Shown here: piece after piece, positions 1 through 9,692 of the stretch | How positions within the stretch are numbered: position 1 is the stretch's first letter | Layout: every line of letters begins with the position of its first letter | From: Desulfobacterales bacterium | Lineage (GTDB): Bacteria > Desulfobacterota > Desulfobacteria > Desulfobacterales > UBA2174 | DNA: 64,000 nucleotides | Reading direction: 5' to 3' | Assembly (NCBI GenBank): GCA_963668645.2 | Contig: CAXXWC010000018.1 | Location: 544,001 to 608,000, forward strand | Translations under genes and position numbers: made by a program | Notes under the pieces: model-generated | The model's input: the letters and a program-made list of their open reading frames with translations, nothing else | Told to the model about the DNA's origin: nothing | Database searches by the model: none

Positions 1-102
1 AAGGCCTTTACCTGGAACCATCGCGGCATCTTTGACATCAAACACGTTTACACCCCGCTGCCGATTCAAGTGGGCGGCGATCTGCCGTTTCTGGATTCAT
101 GA
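1..102 (+). CDS. 3' end of an unknown gene running in from outside the window
   Basis: Frame 1 is open from base 1 to TGA at 100-102 (KAFTWNHRGIFDIKHVYTPLPIQVGGDLPFLDS*). Confidence 0.3.
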   Translation, partial: KAFTWNHRGIFDIKHVYTPLPIQVGGDLPFLDS

Positions 103-226
103 TCGTGGAGTGGAAGATGAGGGGGCAGGGAGCGCCCCATCGGTATCCAGCAGCACTGGTGCCAGGCGCTTCCTGGTCCCTTGGTCGCTCCAAACCACGG
201 TGCCCGTGATTAGGCAGAGTGCTGCC

Positions 227-724
227 GCTCCCCAGCTTCCCATGACCCTGGGCAACGCGGTCCTGGCCTACACGGATCTTTCAAAGGAGTATTTCGGCGA
301 CCGTTCCGCGCGGGTCACCAACCGAAAGGTCTGTGTGAGCATGGCCCTGGCCAATTTTTTGAGCTTCTGCCTGACCGGGATGCCGCTTTGCCACGGGGCT
401 GGGGGACTTGCGGCCCACTACCGCTTCGGGGCCCGCACGTCTGGATCGAACCTGATGATCGGCCTAATCTTCGTGGTCCTGGCAGCGCTTCTCGGCGAGC
501 GCATCCTCGATGTCCTCAACTTCCTTCCCATGTCGATCCTCGGCGTGCTGCTGGTCTTTGCCGGGGCCCAGCTTGCCATGACCATCATGGACCTGAACCA
601 GCGCAAGGACTACTTCGTGGTCACCCTGATCCTGGGGATCACCCTGGCGAGCAATCTGGCCGCCGGATTCATCGCCGGGATGGCGGCCGCGTGGGTTCTC
701 AAATGGGAGAAGCTGTCGGTCTAA
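227..724 (+). pseudogene. Molybdate/sulfate transporter (MOT1-like), C-terminal half; 5' part apparently missing
   Basis: PQLPMTLGNA and MPLCHGAGGLAAHYRFGART motifs plus hydrophobic helices; the ORF upstream of ~227 is not transporter-like. Confidence 0.7.
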
Positions 725-776
725 CCGGTCGTTGAACAGGAGTGGATGCCGGACATTGGCGGCCAATAGAAGCCGA

Positions 777-816
777 TTGACATATTGGCTCTTGAGTCGT
801 ACAGTATTCATGTACA
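777..816 (+). promoter_or_regulatory. Putative yefM-yoeB promoter/operator
   Basis: TTGACA at 777-782; CGTACA (798-803) and TGTACA (811-816) resemble the TGTACA cores of the yefM operator. Confidence 0.45.
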
Positions 817-834
817 ACTTAAACGGAGGCTGAT

Positions 835-1122
835 ATGGCAATACAGACAACCTATACCGATGCCCGCGCTCGGTTCGCGTCGTTGATCGATGAAGTCGTC
901 AAAAATCGTGAAGTCGTCATCATTCAGAGACGTGGAAGCGAGGATGTCGCCATGATAGCGGCGGATGAGCTTGCCGGAATTCTCGAAACCGCGCACCTGC
1001 TTAGGTCCCCCGCCAATGCCGAGCGGCTTAACGCCGCGCTTGAACGGGTAAAAAAACAAGAGGGATCGGCCCAAACCATCGAGGATCTGCGTCAAGAGGT
1101 TGGCCTCGATGAGCCGGTCTGA
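835..1122 (+). CDS. yefM: Phd/YefM family antitoxin
   Basis: TYTDARARFASLID...ETAHLLRSPANAERL; GGAGG RBS. Confidence 0.92.
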   Translation: MAIQTTYTDARARFASLIDEVVKNREVVIIQRRGSEDVAMIAADELAGILETAHLLRSPANAERLNAALERVKKQEGSAQTIEDLRQEVGLDEPV

Positions 1123-1390
1123 ATCCAAAATCGGGAGAGAAGCCATATTCGGGCCGGAATTCAGGGAAGATCTGCGGTACTGGGTAGAGATCGATCGGAG
1201 AGCGGCCCTTCGGATTTTCAACCTGATCGAGGCGGTAATGCGGAATCCATTTCAGGGTATAGGCAAACCAGAACCCTTGAAATTTTTCGGCCCCGGCGTT
1301 TGGTCCCGCCGCATCACCCAAGAGCATCGTCTGGTTTATGTCGCGGGGGGCGGCAGAATCGATTTTGTTCAGTGCCGCTATCACTATTGA
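1109..1390 (+). CDS. yoeB: Txe/YoeB family toxin
   Basis: PFQGIGKPEPLK, WSRRITQEHRLVY, CRYHY C-terminus; overlaps yefM. Confidence 0.93.
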   Translation: MSRSESKIGREAIFGPEFREDLRYWVEIDRRAALRIFNLIEAVMRNPFQGIGKPEPLKFFGPGVWSRRITQEHRLVYVAGGGRIDFVQCRYHY

Positions 1391-1508
1391 AGGAATTTTT
1401 CCCAGAAGCCATTCAGCAATATACTGTTTTTTCTCCTGCTTTTTCCCTCACACTGTTTTTTACCCGCCGGCAAGTCAACCACGATGCCGTGGTGGTGCGG
1501 GCCATACT

Positions 1509-1643
1509 TGATGCGTTCGTAAAAAGTCGGATTTGCCTTTCGTACGTCATTCCTGCGAAAGCAGGAATCCAGTAATTACATAGGCTTTTGGATGCCGGAT
1601 CAAGTCCGGCATGACGGTTTCTGGACCTTTTACGAAAGAGTCA
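1509..1643. mobile_element. 135-bp MITE/REP-like palindromic element
   Basis: Imperfect 20-bp terminal IRs (TGATGCGTTCGTAAAAAGTC / GACCTTTTACGAAAGAGTCA), flanking TACT direct repeat, internal hairpins TTCCTGCGAAAGCAGGAA and ATGCCGGATCAAGTCCGGCAT. Confidence 0.7.
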
Positions 1644-1752
1644 TACTTGTCTATCCACGAGTTGGTAAGGGGTCTCTCCGCAACATCGGCTTCAGATGTC
1701 GAGGATACATGGCTGCATATCAACCGCGAAGTGGTGAATTTACAGTTTCTGA

Positions 1753-1884
1753 GCCCGCACGGCCGCATCCAACCTGATGATCGACCTGTTCTTACTGGCA
1801 GGCACCGGCAGTGCTTCTCGGCGAGTGCATCCCCGACGTGCTCAACTTCCTTCCCATGTCGATCCTCGCGTGCTGCTGGTCTTT
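1753..1884 (+). repeat. Degenerate duplicate of part of the transporter gene (431-559)
   Basis: Shares AACCTGATGATCG and CTCAACTTCCTTCCCATGTCGATCCTCG with 449-542. Confidence 0.85.
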
Positions 1885-2157
1885 TCCAAAGCGCTGATGA
1901 CCAAGAGAAGTCATGCATATTGTCATTGTTTCTCGCCGATCTGTTCAACTGCAGATTCCTCACCGACGTTCGGAATGACACGGAATGGAGCTGTCATTCG
2001 GAAAGCAGCGCATGCTTTCAGAGTCATCCAGAGGGGCGCGTACTGCCTCTTGTGTGATCTTTAAGCCTTTCTTTTCCGTGAAATCCCGAGCCCTCTAATG
2101 CCGAGCCATCTCAACCCCTTTTTCCCGGGCTATCCAGAACCTTTTATCCAGTTTCCT

Positions 2158-2300
2158 CCCGTGCCCTTATCCCAGGTCATCCCGTGCCCTTATCCCAGGT
2201 CATCCCGTGCCCCTTATCCCAGGTCATCCCGTGCCCCTTATCCCAGGTCAGCCCGGGCCCCTCATCTCGGGTCATCCCGACGAGGAACGAGGAGGGATCT
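2158..2300. repeat. Tandem 23-24-bp repeat (about 5 copies) ending in a REP-like GTCATCCCGA...GGGATCT element
   Basis: Unit CCCGTGCCC(C)TTATCCCAGGTCAT repeated head-to-tail with no spacers. Confidence 0.85.
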
Positions 2301-2694
2301 GCAGTTAAGGACAACAGCAGGACCACAGCCATAAGAAAGAAAAATTCCCCTGTTGAAGTGGTCGCAAAACGTCAACGGAACCGTAGCCCTGTGAAAATGT
2401 GGGTTGACGGTTTTAAGGAGCTTTGGTATGGCTCGATGACTTGAGTGAACTGAAAATGGGAGGAGGCGTGAATGCTTAGCCCTATAGCCCCAATCACCAG
2501 GAAAACCGGTGGATGGGGTTTTGTTCTTTTCAGAAGTGACGGCATGACCTTGCATGGCGCTTAATTCATTGGGGCCGGCAATTGACGGCCAAATCGCTAC
2601 CGGCGCCAAGAGACGCCTAATTCGATACGCACGAATAGCATATCCCATTGATATTTTATGGTATGTTGGCTTTATCGGTGAAGACACTCTAAAA

Positions 2695-2727
2695 TGGACG
2701 CCAATTGGCGTCCAATAATTGTTGGGC
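2695..2727 (+). other. attI-like site at the head of the cassette array
   Basis: CGTCCAA-TAATT-GTTGGGC simple site overlapped by the perfect 20-bp palindrome TGGACGCCAATTGGCGTCCA; GTTGGGC complements the GCCCAAC (6668) that closes cassette 1. Confidence 0.65.
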
Positions 2728-2795
2728 TCCGTGAGACATACTTCTAATTCAGGATACGGGTATGAAATATTACGTTGGTTTCAACTCCAATATGA

Positions 2796-4280
2796 ATGAT
2801 TATCGAGAAATTTACTAATATGCGTTTTTCCATTCTCCATATCTCTGACCTTCATCAAGACTTAAACGACGAGGTTGCAACTGGTTGGCTTCTTGATTCT
2901 CTTGAACGAGATTTCGATCAATTTGAAAATCAAGATCCTATTATAGCTAAGCCTGCACTTTGCATTGTAAGTGGTGATATTGTCCGTGGCGTTAATCCCA
3001 ATGCAACCGATTCCGGCAAAGAATTAGAGCGGCAGTACGAGCAATCGGAGGAGTTCTTTGTCGGTTTGGCAAACCGATTTTTTGGTGGAAATCGCGAACG
3101 AGTCATTATTTTGCCAGGTAACCACGATGTCAGCTTTAATGACGTAATGGGGAGCGTGCAGAAGATCGAAATCCCGCCTGAGCCAGAAAGAAAGGCCAAA
3201 CTTGTATCCGAACTATTTACAACTAATTCTCGATTGCGATGGTCTTGGCGTGAGTTGTGCTTTTATAAAATTGCTGATGATGAACGTTACTGCAACCGAT
3301 TCCGCCATTTTGCAACGACATACGAGCGTTTCTATCAGGGGCACCGCAGTTATCCTTCAGCTCCTGAACATCAGTTTGATGTATTTGACTATCCTGACCT
3401 ATGTTTTTGCGTCGTTGCATTGAATAGCTGTTTCAACAATGACCCACTTCACCGTGCGGGAGCCTTCCACCCAGGCACCTTGGCTGAGGCATGCCGAATT
3501 ACCTTAAAGCATGACCGCGCTGGCTGGGTAGCCGCCGCGGCGTGGCATCACAACCTGCGCGGTGGCCCGGCTCAAGACGATTATTTGGACGCTGAATTTA
3601 TCCAACTGCTTATAGATTCAGGAGTGTCACTTGGTTTTCACGGACACCAGCACTTGCCTGAGTGCATTGACGAACGGTATCGCATTAGCAAGAAAACAAG
3701 GAAAATGACCATCATTAGTGCAAGCACGCTTTGTTCGGAACCACTTAAACTAAGCCCTGGTGTTCCTCGAAGCTATAACATTGTAGAAATTGACACTGAC
3801 ATTTTGAGCGGCCGTGTGCACCAGCGGCAAATGGTTAATAAACTATTCAATCTTCCTGTATGGGGACCAGGCCATTTCGCCAATACCAATAGCTCGTTCG
3901 TTGATTTTCAGATATGCAAACCACTAATGATTAGACCGATCAAGCTTGATGCACAGATAGCTCTCGATAGGGCAGATAAGCTTATCAGCACACAGCAATG
4001 GCGTGAAGCGGCAGACATACTCGAGGGCATAAAGGATATCCCTATTGCGCGGCCGCTACTTGTGAAGGCACTTGAGGAGTTGGGTGATTCACGTCGCACT
4101 ATTGCCACAATATGGCCGCCCTTAACTATTGCAGAAACGGTAACACTTGGCGGTGCAATCCTTGATTGCGGTACACATGAAGAAGCCGAGGCGTTCTGTA
4201 TGCTGGAATTTGTCGATAAGGCCGAGGACGCAAGTGTTCGGGAAATATTAAACCGATTAAGGCAGAGGCAATCAAAATGA
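2796..4280 (+). CDS. Calcineurin-like metallophosphoesterase with helical C-terminal extension (cassette 1, gene 1)
   Basis: HISDLH, SGD, PGNHD, WHH and HGHQH motifs. Confidence 0.9.
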   Translation: MIIEKFTNMRFSILHISDLHQDLNDEVATGWLLDSLERDFDQFENQDPIIAKPALCIVSGDIVRGVNPNATDSGKELERQYEQSEEFFVGLANRFFGGNRERVIILPGNHDVSFNDVMGSVQKIEIPPEPERKAKLVSELFTTNSRLRWSWRELCFYKIADDERYCNRFRHFATTYERFYQGHRSYPSAPEHQFDVFDYPDLCFCVVALNSCFNNDPLHRAGAFHPGTLAEACRITLKHDRAGWVAAAAWHHNLRGGPAQDDYLDAEFIQLLIDSGVSLGFHGHQHLPECIDERYRISKKTRKMTIISASTLCSEPLKLSPGVPRSYNIVEIDTDILSGRVHQRQMVNKLFNLPVWGPGHFANTNSSFVDFQICKPLMIRPIKLDAQIALDRADKLISTQQWREAADILEGIKDIPIARPLLVKALEELGDSRRTIATIWPPLTIAETVTLGGAILDCGTHEEAEAFCMLEFVDKAEDASVREILNRLRQRQSK

Positions 4281-6595
4281 GTGATGGAATAGTTTTTCAA
4301 GTAGAAACAACGCGTGTACTTCAAATTCTTGCGCGCGAAATATATGATTCGCCCCTAGCATTAATACGCGAAAATCTTCAGAACGCTTACGATGCTGTTC
4401 GTATGCAGTTTGCAAGTACTGGCACGCTAGTCGAGGGCGGTAGAATTGACATCCATGTAACTGAGAGGGAGGTGTCAATCTCCGATAATGGAATCGGAAT
4501 GAACGAGGAGGTTCTCCGCGGAAATTTTTGGAGGGCTGGGTCGAGTGGTAAACGTTCAGATCAAGCCCTAAGGGCTGGAGTAGTTGGTACGTTCGGTATT
4601 GGGGCCATGGCGAATTTTGGGGTTTGCACGCGACTTATTGTCGAGACACGAGCTGCTGGCAGTAATGAGACACTGCGCAGCGTTGCCGATCGAGATTCAT
4701 TAAAGATTGCTGAAGAATGCATCAGCTTGAAACGTACTGTTTCAGACATGGGCGTAGGTACCAAGGTGACCGCAATCTTGGATGTAGAAAATCCAATAAG
4801 TCAAGAACAAGCATTGCGATATCTTGAGCCTTATGTCTGTTTCCTTCCACTTCCAGTATATTTCAACGATAAACTTATAAGTGGCAACACAATTGACTCC
4901 CATCTCCCTATCTCAGGCCGAACTTTTGAGCAATTAGGAGTGCAAAACTTGACTGACGGGCTTTGTGGTGGATCTTTCGATGTACGAGCTGATTCAAATG
5001 GGCAACTTCTGGTTTTCGCTTCAAATATTACACTTGGAGGAAATGTAATTGAAGGGAATATTGCCCTTGTGCAGTCTGGTGGGCAGCTCATGGGGCTACG
5101 TTCTTATTTTGGTCTAGCTCCGATACCTGTGATAGGCAACTATCAGTTTGGTGGGTTTGCTAACCTATCATTTTTACAGCCAACTGCTGGACGAGAGGCG
5201 TTGAGCCGCGAAAGTATAGACCAAGTGTCCAGACTGGTAGGACTCGCTGAAAAAGCAGCTTCGGAGTTACTCGCTCAAACGCCTTTAGCCGACAAAAATA
5301 ACGCCTTCTTGCAATGGCTTTTGATACATAGTCGATACGACCTCGCAAATAAAGTATCGATCCGTCTGTTACCAGACGATAGGGATGTGCCACTTGGTGA
5401 GGTTACGTCTTACACTGACAAGAAAACTTCACACTACTACACAGGCAATGATAGGCATATTTTAACGACATTTGCTAATGAAGGGACTTATTTACTCCAT
5501 GTTGCACAGGCGGTCCCACGCCGGAAAGTACAACTACACTACCTATCCAACATAATACATCTGCAACAAGTGCCAGATTCAGCCCAAATAACGCGCATAT
5601 ACTCAGGAACAGACCTTACCTTGCCAGAAGCTTCCGTTCTGCTTCGGATCACATCTATCCTTCGCGAAGATTATTTAATCCCGGACGTTGAAATCTTACT
5701 ATCTGATATCTCACATGGGGTCACAGTGCTACCGCAAAAGGCAGGTACACAGCTCAAGATACATGTTTCAAGATCTAGTGCTTTATTGCCTCCATTGATC
5801 GAGTTCTATGATAAAGCATATGAACTTTTCTCGCAGTTCATGAAGGATTTCGTGAGAGTTCATATTTACCCAAGGATTCAGCAATTTGTACCATCATCAA
5901 CTAGAGACGGTGTTGATGCTTTACGGAAGTTGCTGCAACGCAACCGAGAATTGTATCGTTACGAGGAAACAGAATTAGGTGATTTAGAGGGCATACTTGG
6001 AGAATACCTCTCAGGTGCGGCGAGTCTTACTACGGTTCTCCATAACTCACGCGCTAAAGCACGTCCTCAAACTCAACGCGTTTCGCGCGAACAAGTTGGT
6101 GCTATTGAGACTGAGGTGCCTGGCATAGTAGATTCTCCTGTGTCACAGCAAGCTGAGGAGGGTACTGAGTTCGGACCTAGCCCACCTATTATCAGAGAGT
6201 CCGTCACGTCAGACATGAAAATTCTGACAACGGAGGGGAAATACCCATTCCTTAATAATTTTACTATGTTGCTTGGGCTTTCGGATCGCCTTATGCGAAC
6301 CGAGGCGGAATTTTTCCGCACTCCACATACAACCAGAATATTGTGGGGCGGACATCGAGTTGTATATATTTTCACAGAGGCAACAGGGAGGCTAAGCCTT
6401 TATTATGACATTGAGTTACGCTCCCCAATCAAGCCAACAAAAGCTGGCGGGGGTATGCTTCCAACAACAACATTAATTACGAATAAACGTATTTTTGTAC
6501 CAATTCCCGATACACTTGTTGATGAGTTCAAAATCGACACAGGGCCAAAAGAGTTCTTTGTTCGCTTCGATATTCTTAGCAGCGACGTTGTATAG
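4277..6595 (+). CDS. HSP90-like GHKL ATPase with unknown C-terminal region (cassette 1, gene 2)
   Basis: RENLQNAYDA, DNGIGM and GTFGIG motifs; ATGA overlap with the upstream gene. Confidence 0.88.
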   Translation: MSDGIVFQVETTRVLQILAREIYDSPLALIRENLQNAYDAVRMQFASTGTLVEGGRIDIHVTEREVSISDNGIGMNEEVLRGNFWRAGSSGKRSDQALRAGVVGTFGIGAMANFGVCTRLIVETRAAGSNETLRSVADRDSLKIAEECISLKRTVSDMGVGTKVTAILDVENPISQEQALRYLEPYVCFLPLPVYFNDKLISGNTIDSHLPISGRTFEQLGVQNLTDGLCGGSFDVRADSNGQLLVFASNITLGGNVIEGNIALVQSGGQLMGLRSYFGLAPIPVIGNYQFGGFANLSFLQPTAGREALSRESIDQVSRLVGLAEKAASELLAQTPLADKNNAFLQWLLIHSRYDLANKVSIRLLPDDRDVPLGEVTSYTDKKTSHYYTGNDRHILTTFANEGTYLLHVAQAVPRRKVQLHYLSNIIHLQQVPDSAQITRIYSGTDLTLPEASVLLRITSILREDYLIPDVEILLSDISHGVTVLPQKAGTQLKIHVSRSSALLPPLIEFYDKAYELFSQFMKDFVRVHIYPRIQQFVPSSTRDGVDALRKLLQRNRELYRYEETELGDLEGILGEYLSGAASLTTVLHNSRAKARPQTQRVSREQVGAIETEVPGIVDSPVSQQAEEGTEFGPSPPIIRESVTSDMKILTTEGKYPFLNNFTMLLGLSDRLMRTEAEFFRTPHTTRILWGGHRVVYIFTEATGRLSLYYDIELRSPIKPTKAGGGMLPTTTLITNKRIFVPIPDTLVDEFKIDTGPKEFFVRFDILSSDVV

Positions 6596-6667
6596 GTGAA
6601 ACCTGAAGAGAGTTGGGGATCATGCGTATTTGAATGTGGTGCATATTACAAGTAACAATTTGACAAG

Positions 6668-6721
6668 GCCCAACAATGCCAATTAACGCGGACGCAAAAA
6701 ACGCGCCGGTTATTGGCGGCG
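6668..6721 (+). other. attC site 1, split at G|TT by the RIT-like element (TTAGGC resumes at 9780)
   Basis: GCCCAAC-AATGCCAATTAAC GCG..CGC..GGTTATTGGC-GGCG imperfect hairpin. Confidence 0.85.
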
Positions 6722-6940
6722 AACCGCGCGGTAAGGTGCAAAGTTATGCGCAATTGGGAGAGGTGGTTCGGGTGAAGCGGCATATTTTTAGCGGATTAAA
6801 AAGGAAAATGACGGTCCATTAATGCTATTCTCTCTGTTTGGAAGAACAGATTTTCAAAAATACAATAAAATGTCAACAGTTCTCCATACAGAAACGGATT
6901 TCTGTTAAAAAATGCAAAAAGAATAATGACGAGGTATTTT

Positions 6941-7927
6941 TCATTCTATTTTGGGTCGGTTCCTGTTTTGAAAGCGCAGATTCAGCACTCCGGTGTTGAT
7001 AAGCTCTTTTACATAAACGACCGTTGGCAGTGTCTCGAGTGCTTGGCGGACCCTTTCCTGAGAGGGATGGATGTAGGGTTCGGTGCTGCGGGTTGAAGAA
7101 TGCCCGAGGATGCTCTGGATGATCAACACGTCGACCTGCTTGTCGTTGAGATGGGAAGCCAGGCTGTGGCGCAGGGTGTGGCAGGAGACGTTAAACGGCA
7201 GGTTCAGCCCTGAGTGGGTCATGATTTTTTTCAGATTGTCCTCCATGGTGCGGATAGCCAGGCGGTTTCCTTTTTTGGATACGAACAGGGCCGGAGTCAT
7301 CCAGTAGTTGAGGAACAATTGCCGGACGGCCAGGTAATGGCAGAGCGTTTCGACCAGCTCATCGTTGAGATGAAGGGATCTGGGCTTGCGGCCTTTACCC
7401 ATGACGTTGATCTTGCGGGATTCGAGGTCGATGGCGTTCAGATCCAGGCTGTGAACCTCACCTACCCGGAGCCCGAGCTGATACATGAGGGCGTAAACAG
7501 CGTATTCACGGATTCCCAGGACGGTTTTCGTGTCGATTGCGGCAAACAGGGTGTTTATCTGGTCATGGGTCAGGGCCTGGGGGCGACTGCGGTAGCCGGA
7601 ACGGATTTTCAGGACATCGTAGAAAGGCAGATCCTTTGCGCCCGGCGGGTCGCACAGCTTGAGAAAATTGCCGTAGCTTCTCAAGGAGAATATCTTGCGG
7701 TTGACAGAAGCGCCGCAGTTGCGCCGTTGCTTTTTCAGATAATACTGAAAGTCGATGACAGCCGGTCCGTCGATGGCGTCGTAACCGCCTGTATCGATGA
7801 AGTCCTTGAACAGATCCAGGTCGACGCGGTTGGTTTGCAGGGTCTGCTCGCTGAGGTCGTAGATCTGCCGGCGATAGTGGAAGAAGCGGTCGACGTGGCC
7901 GAAAAAGACGCCGGGTGTAACGCTCAT
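6941..7927 (-). CDS. Tyrosine recombinase (third gene of the trio)
   Basis: GLRVGE, GKGRK, HTLRH, LGH, PY; ATG at 7927 overlaps the upstream stop. Confidence 0.92.
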   Translation of the reverse strand: MSVTPGVFFGHVDRFFHYRRQIYDLSEQTLQTNRVDLDLFKDFIDTGGYDAIDGPAVIDFQYYLKKQRRNCGASVNRKIFSLRSYGNFLKLCDPPGAKDLPFYDVLKIRSGYRSRPQALTHDQINTLFAAIDTKTVLGIREYAVYALMYQLGLRVGEVHSLDLNAIDLESRKINVMGKGRKPRSLHLNDELVETLCHYLAVRQLFLNYWMTPALFVSKKGNRLAIRTMEDNLKKIMTHSGLNLPFNVSCHTLRHSLASHLNDKQVDVLIIQSILGHSSTRSTEPYIHPSQERVRQALETLPTVVYVKELINTGVLNLRFQNRNRPKIE

Positions 7928-8826
7928 TGGCACCTTCCTTGGATGGAGACGCCGTCCAGGGCGTTTTGGATCATGTGATCGCAGACATGAACGTAGATGG
8001 CCGTATCGCAGATGGTGTCATGGCCCATCATGGCCTGGATGGCCCACAGGGGGATGTTTTTGCGGTACATTTCGGTGGCAAAGCCGTGGCGCAGCATCCT
8101 GGGGGTGATGGGCGGATCGCACCCGGCCTTGCGGGACTGGTCCTTTACCATGCGCTGAAAACGGTTGTTGGAAAGAGCGGTGTAGTATTGGGCCGGGAAC
8201 ATGGGAGCATAGGGCCTGTGGGGGGAGTCGGGATGGTCCAGGTATTCCACCATGGTGTCAAACAGCCGGCCGACGACAAACAACGCCCGCTGCTTTTTGT
8301 TTTTACCCCGGATGCGCAGCAGCCCGGTGCGTGCTGCGTGTCCGGTTTCAAAATCGCGCGCGCAAAGGCCTGTCACCTCGAAGGTTCGCAGCCCCAGCGC
8401 CCACAGTAGCGAGACCATGGTGAAGTCTCTGAGGCAACGCCAGGTAGACCGGTCGAAGGAATCGAGCAGCCGGAAGGCCTGGTCCGTGGAAGCCGGATTT
8501 GTTCTTTGCCGCTGTCGCCGGATGATCAGCGGCAGGGCCTCGGCGGGGTTGGTATTGATGAACCCGGCCCTTCTAACGAAGGCAAAAAAGCTTTTGAGGG
8601 CGTAGTGGTTGCTTTCGATGCGGCTGGGCCCCAGGCCTGACTTTTTCAAATGCGTGAGCCATTGCAGCAGGTGTTCGGGTTCAGCCTCAAGGGGATCGAT
8701 GTGCAGACGGTGCTTTGCGTAACCCCAGAAAGCCTTGGCGCCCAGGGCATAGGTTTCGATGGTGGATGGGGCAAAGACGTTGATTTTTTCAAGCTCACTT
8801 CGGTATCGTTGGATTAACTGCGGCAT
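7924..8826 (-). CDS. Tyrosine recombinase (second gene of the trio)
   Basis: GLRTFE, GKNKK, PRMLRHGFAT, MGH, IY; real start MPQLIQ at 8826 after GGAGG. Confidence 0.9.
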   Translation of the reverse strand: MPQLIQRYRSELEKINVFAPSTIETYALGAKAFWGYAKHRLHIDPLEAEPEHLLQWLTHLKKSGLGPSRIESNHYALKSFFAFVRRAGFINTNPAEALPLIIRRQRQRTNPASTDQAFRLLDSFDRSTWRCLRDFTMVSLLWALGLRTFEVTGLCARDFETGHAARTGLLRIRGKNKKQRALFVVGRLFDTMVEYLDHPDSPHRPYAPMFPAQYYTALSNNRFQRMVKDQSRKAGCDPPITPRMLRHGFATEMYRKNIPLWAIQAMMGHDTICDTAIYVHVCDHMIQNALDGVSIQGRCQ

Positions 8827-9692
8827 GGTACCTCCTGGTTGTAGGGATGTTGGTTCATAAAGGCGGCGAAGCGGTCGGGGTTGAGGTGGGTGTATTTGAA
8901 GGTGTTTTTTCTCAGGCTGTGGCCGAGGACTTCTTGGGTGATTTCGATGCCGGCGGCGCGGTTGAGATGAGTGGCTGCGGTGTGGCGGAACAATCTGGGG
9001 TGAAGGGCGTTTTCTATGTCCACAGTGTCTGCGGCCTTGCGGAAGATCTCCTGGATGGTGCGCGGGCAGATGCGCTTTGCGCGCTTGGAGGTCAGCAGGG
9101 GACCGGCTCCCATGGTCTGGATATAGGCGCTGAGGACCACACACAAGGATTTGGGCAGCGCGAGAGAGCGGCAGCGCCGTCCCTTTTCGGTGACCCATAA
9201 CAGCCCGGAACCAATATCGACATCGTGGACATCGATCATGCACAGGGTCGAGGTTCTCAGCCCCAAGGTGGCCAGCAGCAAGAAGATGACCAGGTTTCTC
9301 AGACCGAAAGGACCGTCAGCTTGATCACTGAAATAGCGCACGAGGCGATCCACCTGCTCCTGGGTCAGGAAGGCCGGCACAGTCTTTTCGATCTTCGGAT
9401 AGGGGAGCTTGGCGGCGATGTTTTCGGGGACGTGGCCATGCAGGCTCAGGAAATGGTAAAATTGCCGCAGGGTCCAGACACGGGATTTTTTCACATGGAC
9501 GGAAGGACTCTTGAATTCGCCAACGAAATCGGACAGATCCAAATAGGCGATGTCCGTAACGAGTTCAACACTGCGAATTTTCAGGAAAACACGGAATTCG
9601 TGCAATCGGATGGCCAGTGCCTGCTGGGAGCGCCGGGAGAAATTTGCAAGCCGGCAGTAGTCCAGGAACGAGGTGGTGTGACTCTGAAGCAT
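8814..9692 (-). CDS. Tyrosine recombinase (first gene of the trio)
   Basis: GLRTST, KGRR, HPRLFRHTAAT, LGH, KY. Confidence 0.9.
   Translation of the reverse strand: MLQSHTTSFLDYCRLANFSRRSQQALAIRLHEFRVFLKIRSVELVTDIAYLDLSDFVGEFKSPSVHVKKSRVWTLRQFYHFLSLHGHVPENIAAKLPYPKIEKTVPAFLTQEQVDRLVRYFSDQADGPFGLRNLVIFLLLATLGLRTSTLCMIDVHDVDIGSGLLWVTEKGRRCRSLALPKSLCVVLSAYIQTMGAGPLLTSKRAKRICPRTIQEIFRKAADTVDIENALHPRLFRHTAATHLNRAAGIEITQEVLGHSLRKNTFKYTHLNPDRFAAFMNQHPYNQEVPCRS

Noticed and set aside
2158..2277. Possible CRISPR array
   Set aside because: Head-to-tail repeats with no unique spacers and no cas genes in the window.
2262..2687. Minus-strand ORF at the position expected for intI
   Set aside because: No tyrosine-recombinase motifs; probably spurious.
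6743..6749. GTTATGC inside the element's left end restoring a functional attC
   Set aside because: It is 22 bp out of register with the hairpin and does not complement GCCCAAC.
8827..9243. N-terminal 139 aa of the 439-aa ORF
   Set aside because: Alternate-frame overlap with the upstream recombinase; the real start with RBS is at 8826.
6941..9692. The trio recombinases as the array's integron integrase
   Set aside because: They show no IntI-specific insertion between boxes I and II and lie inside an element that disrupts an attC.
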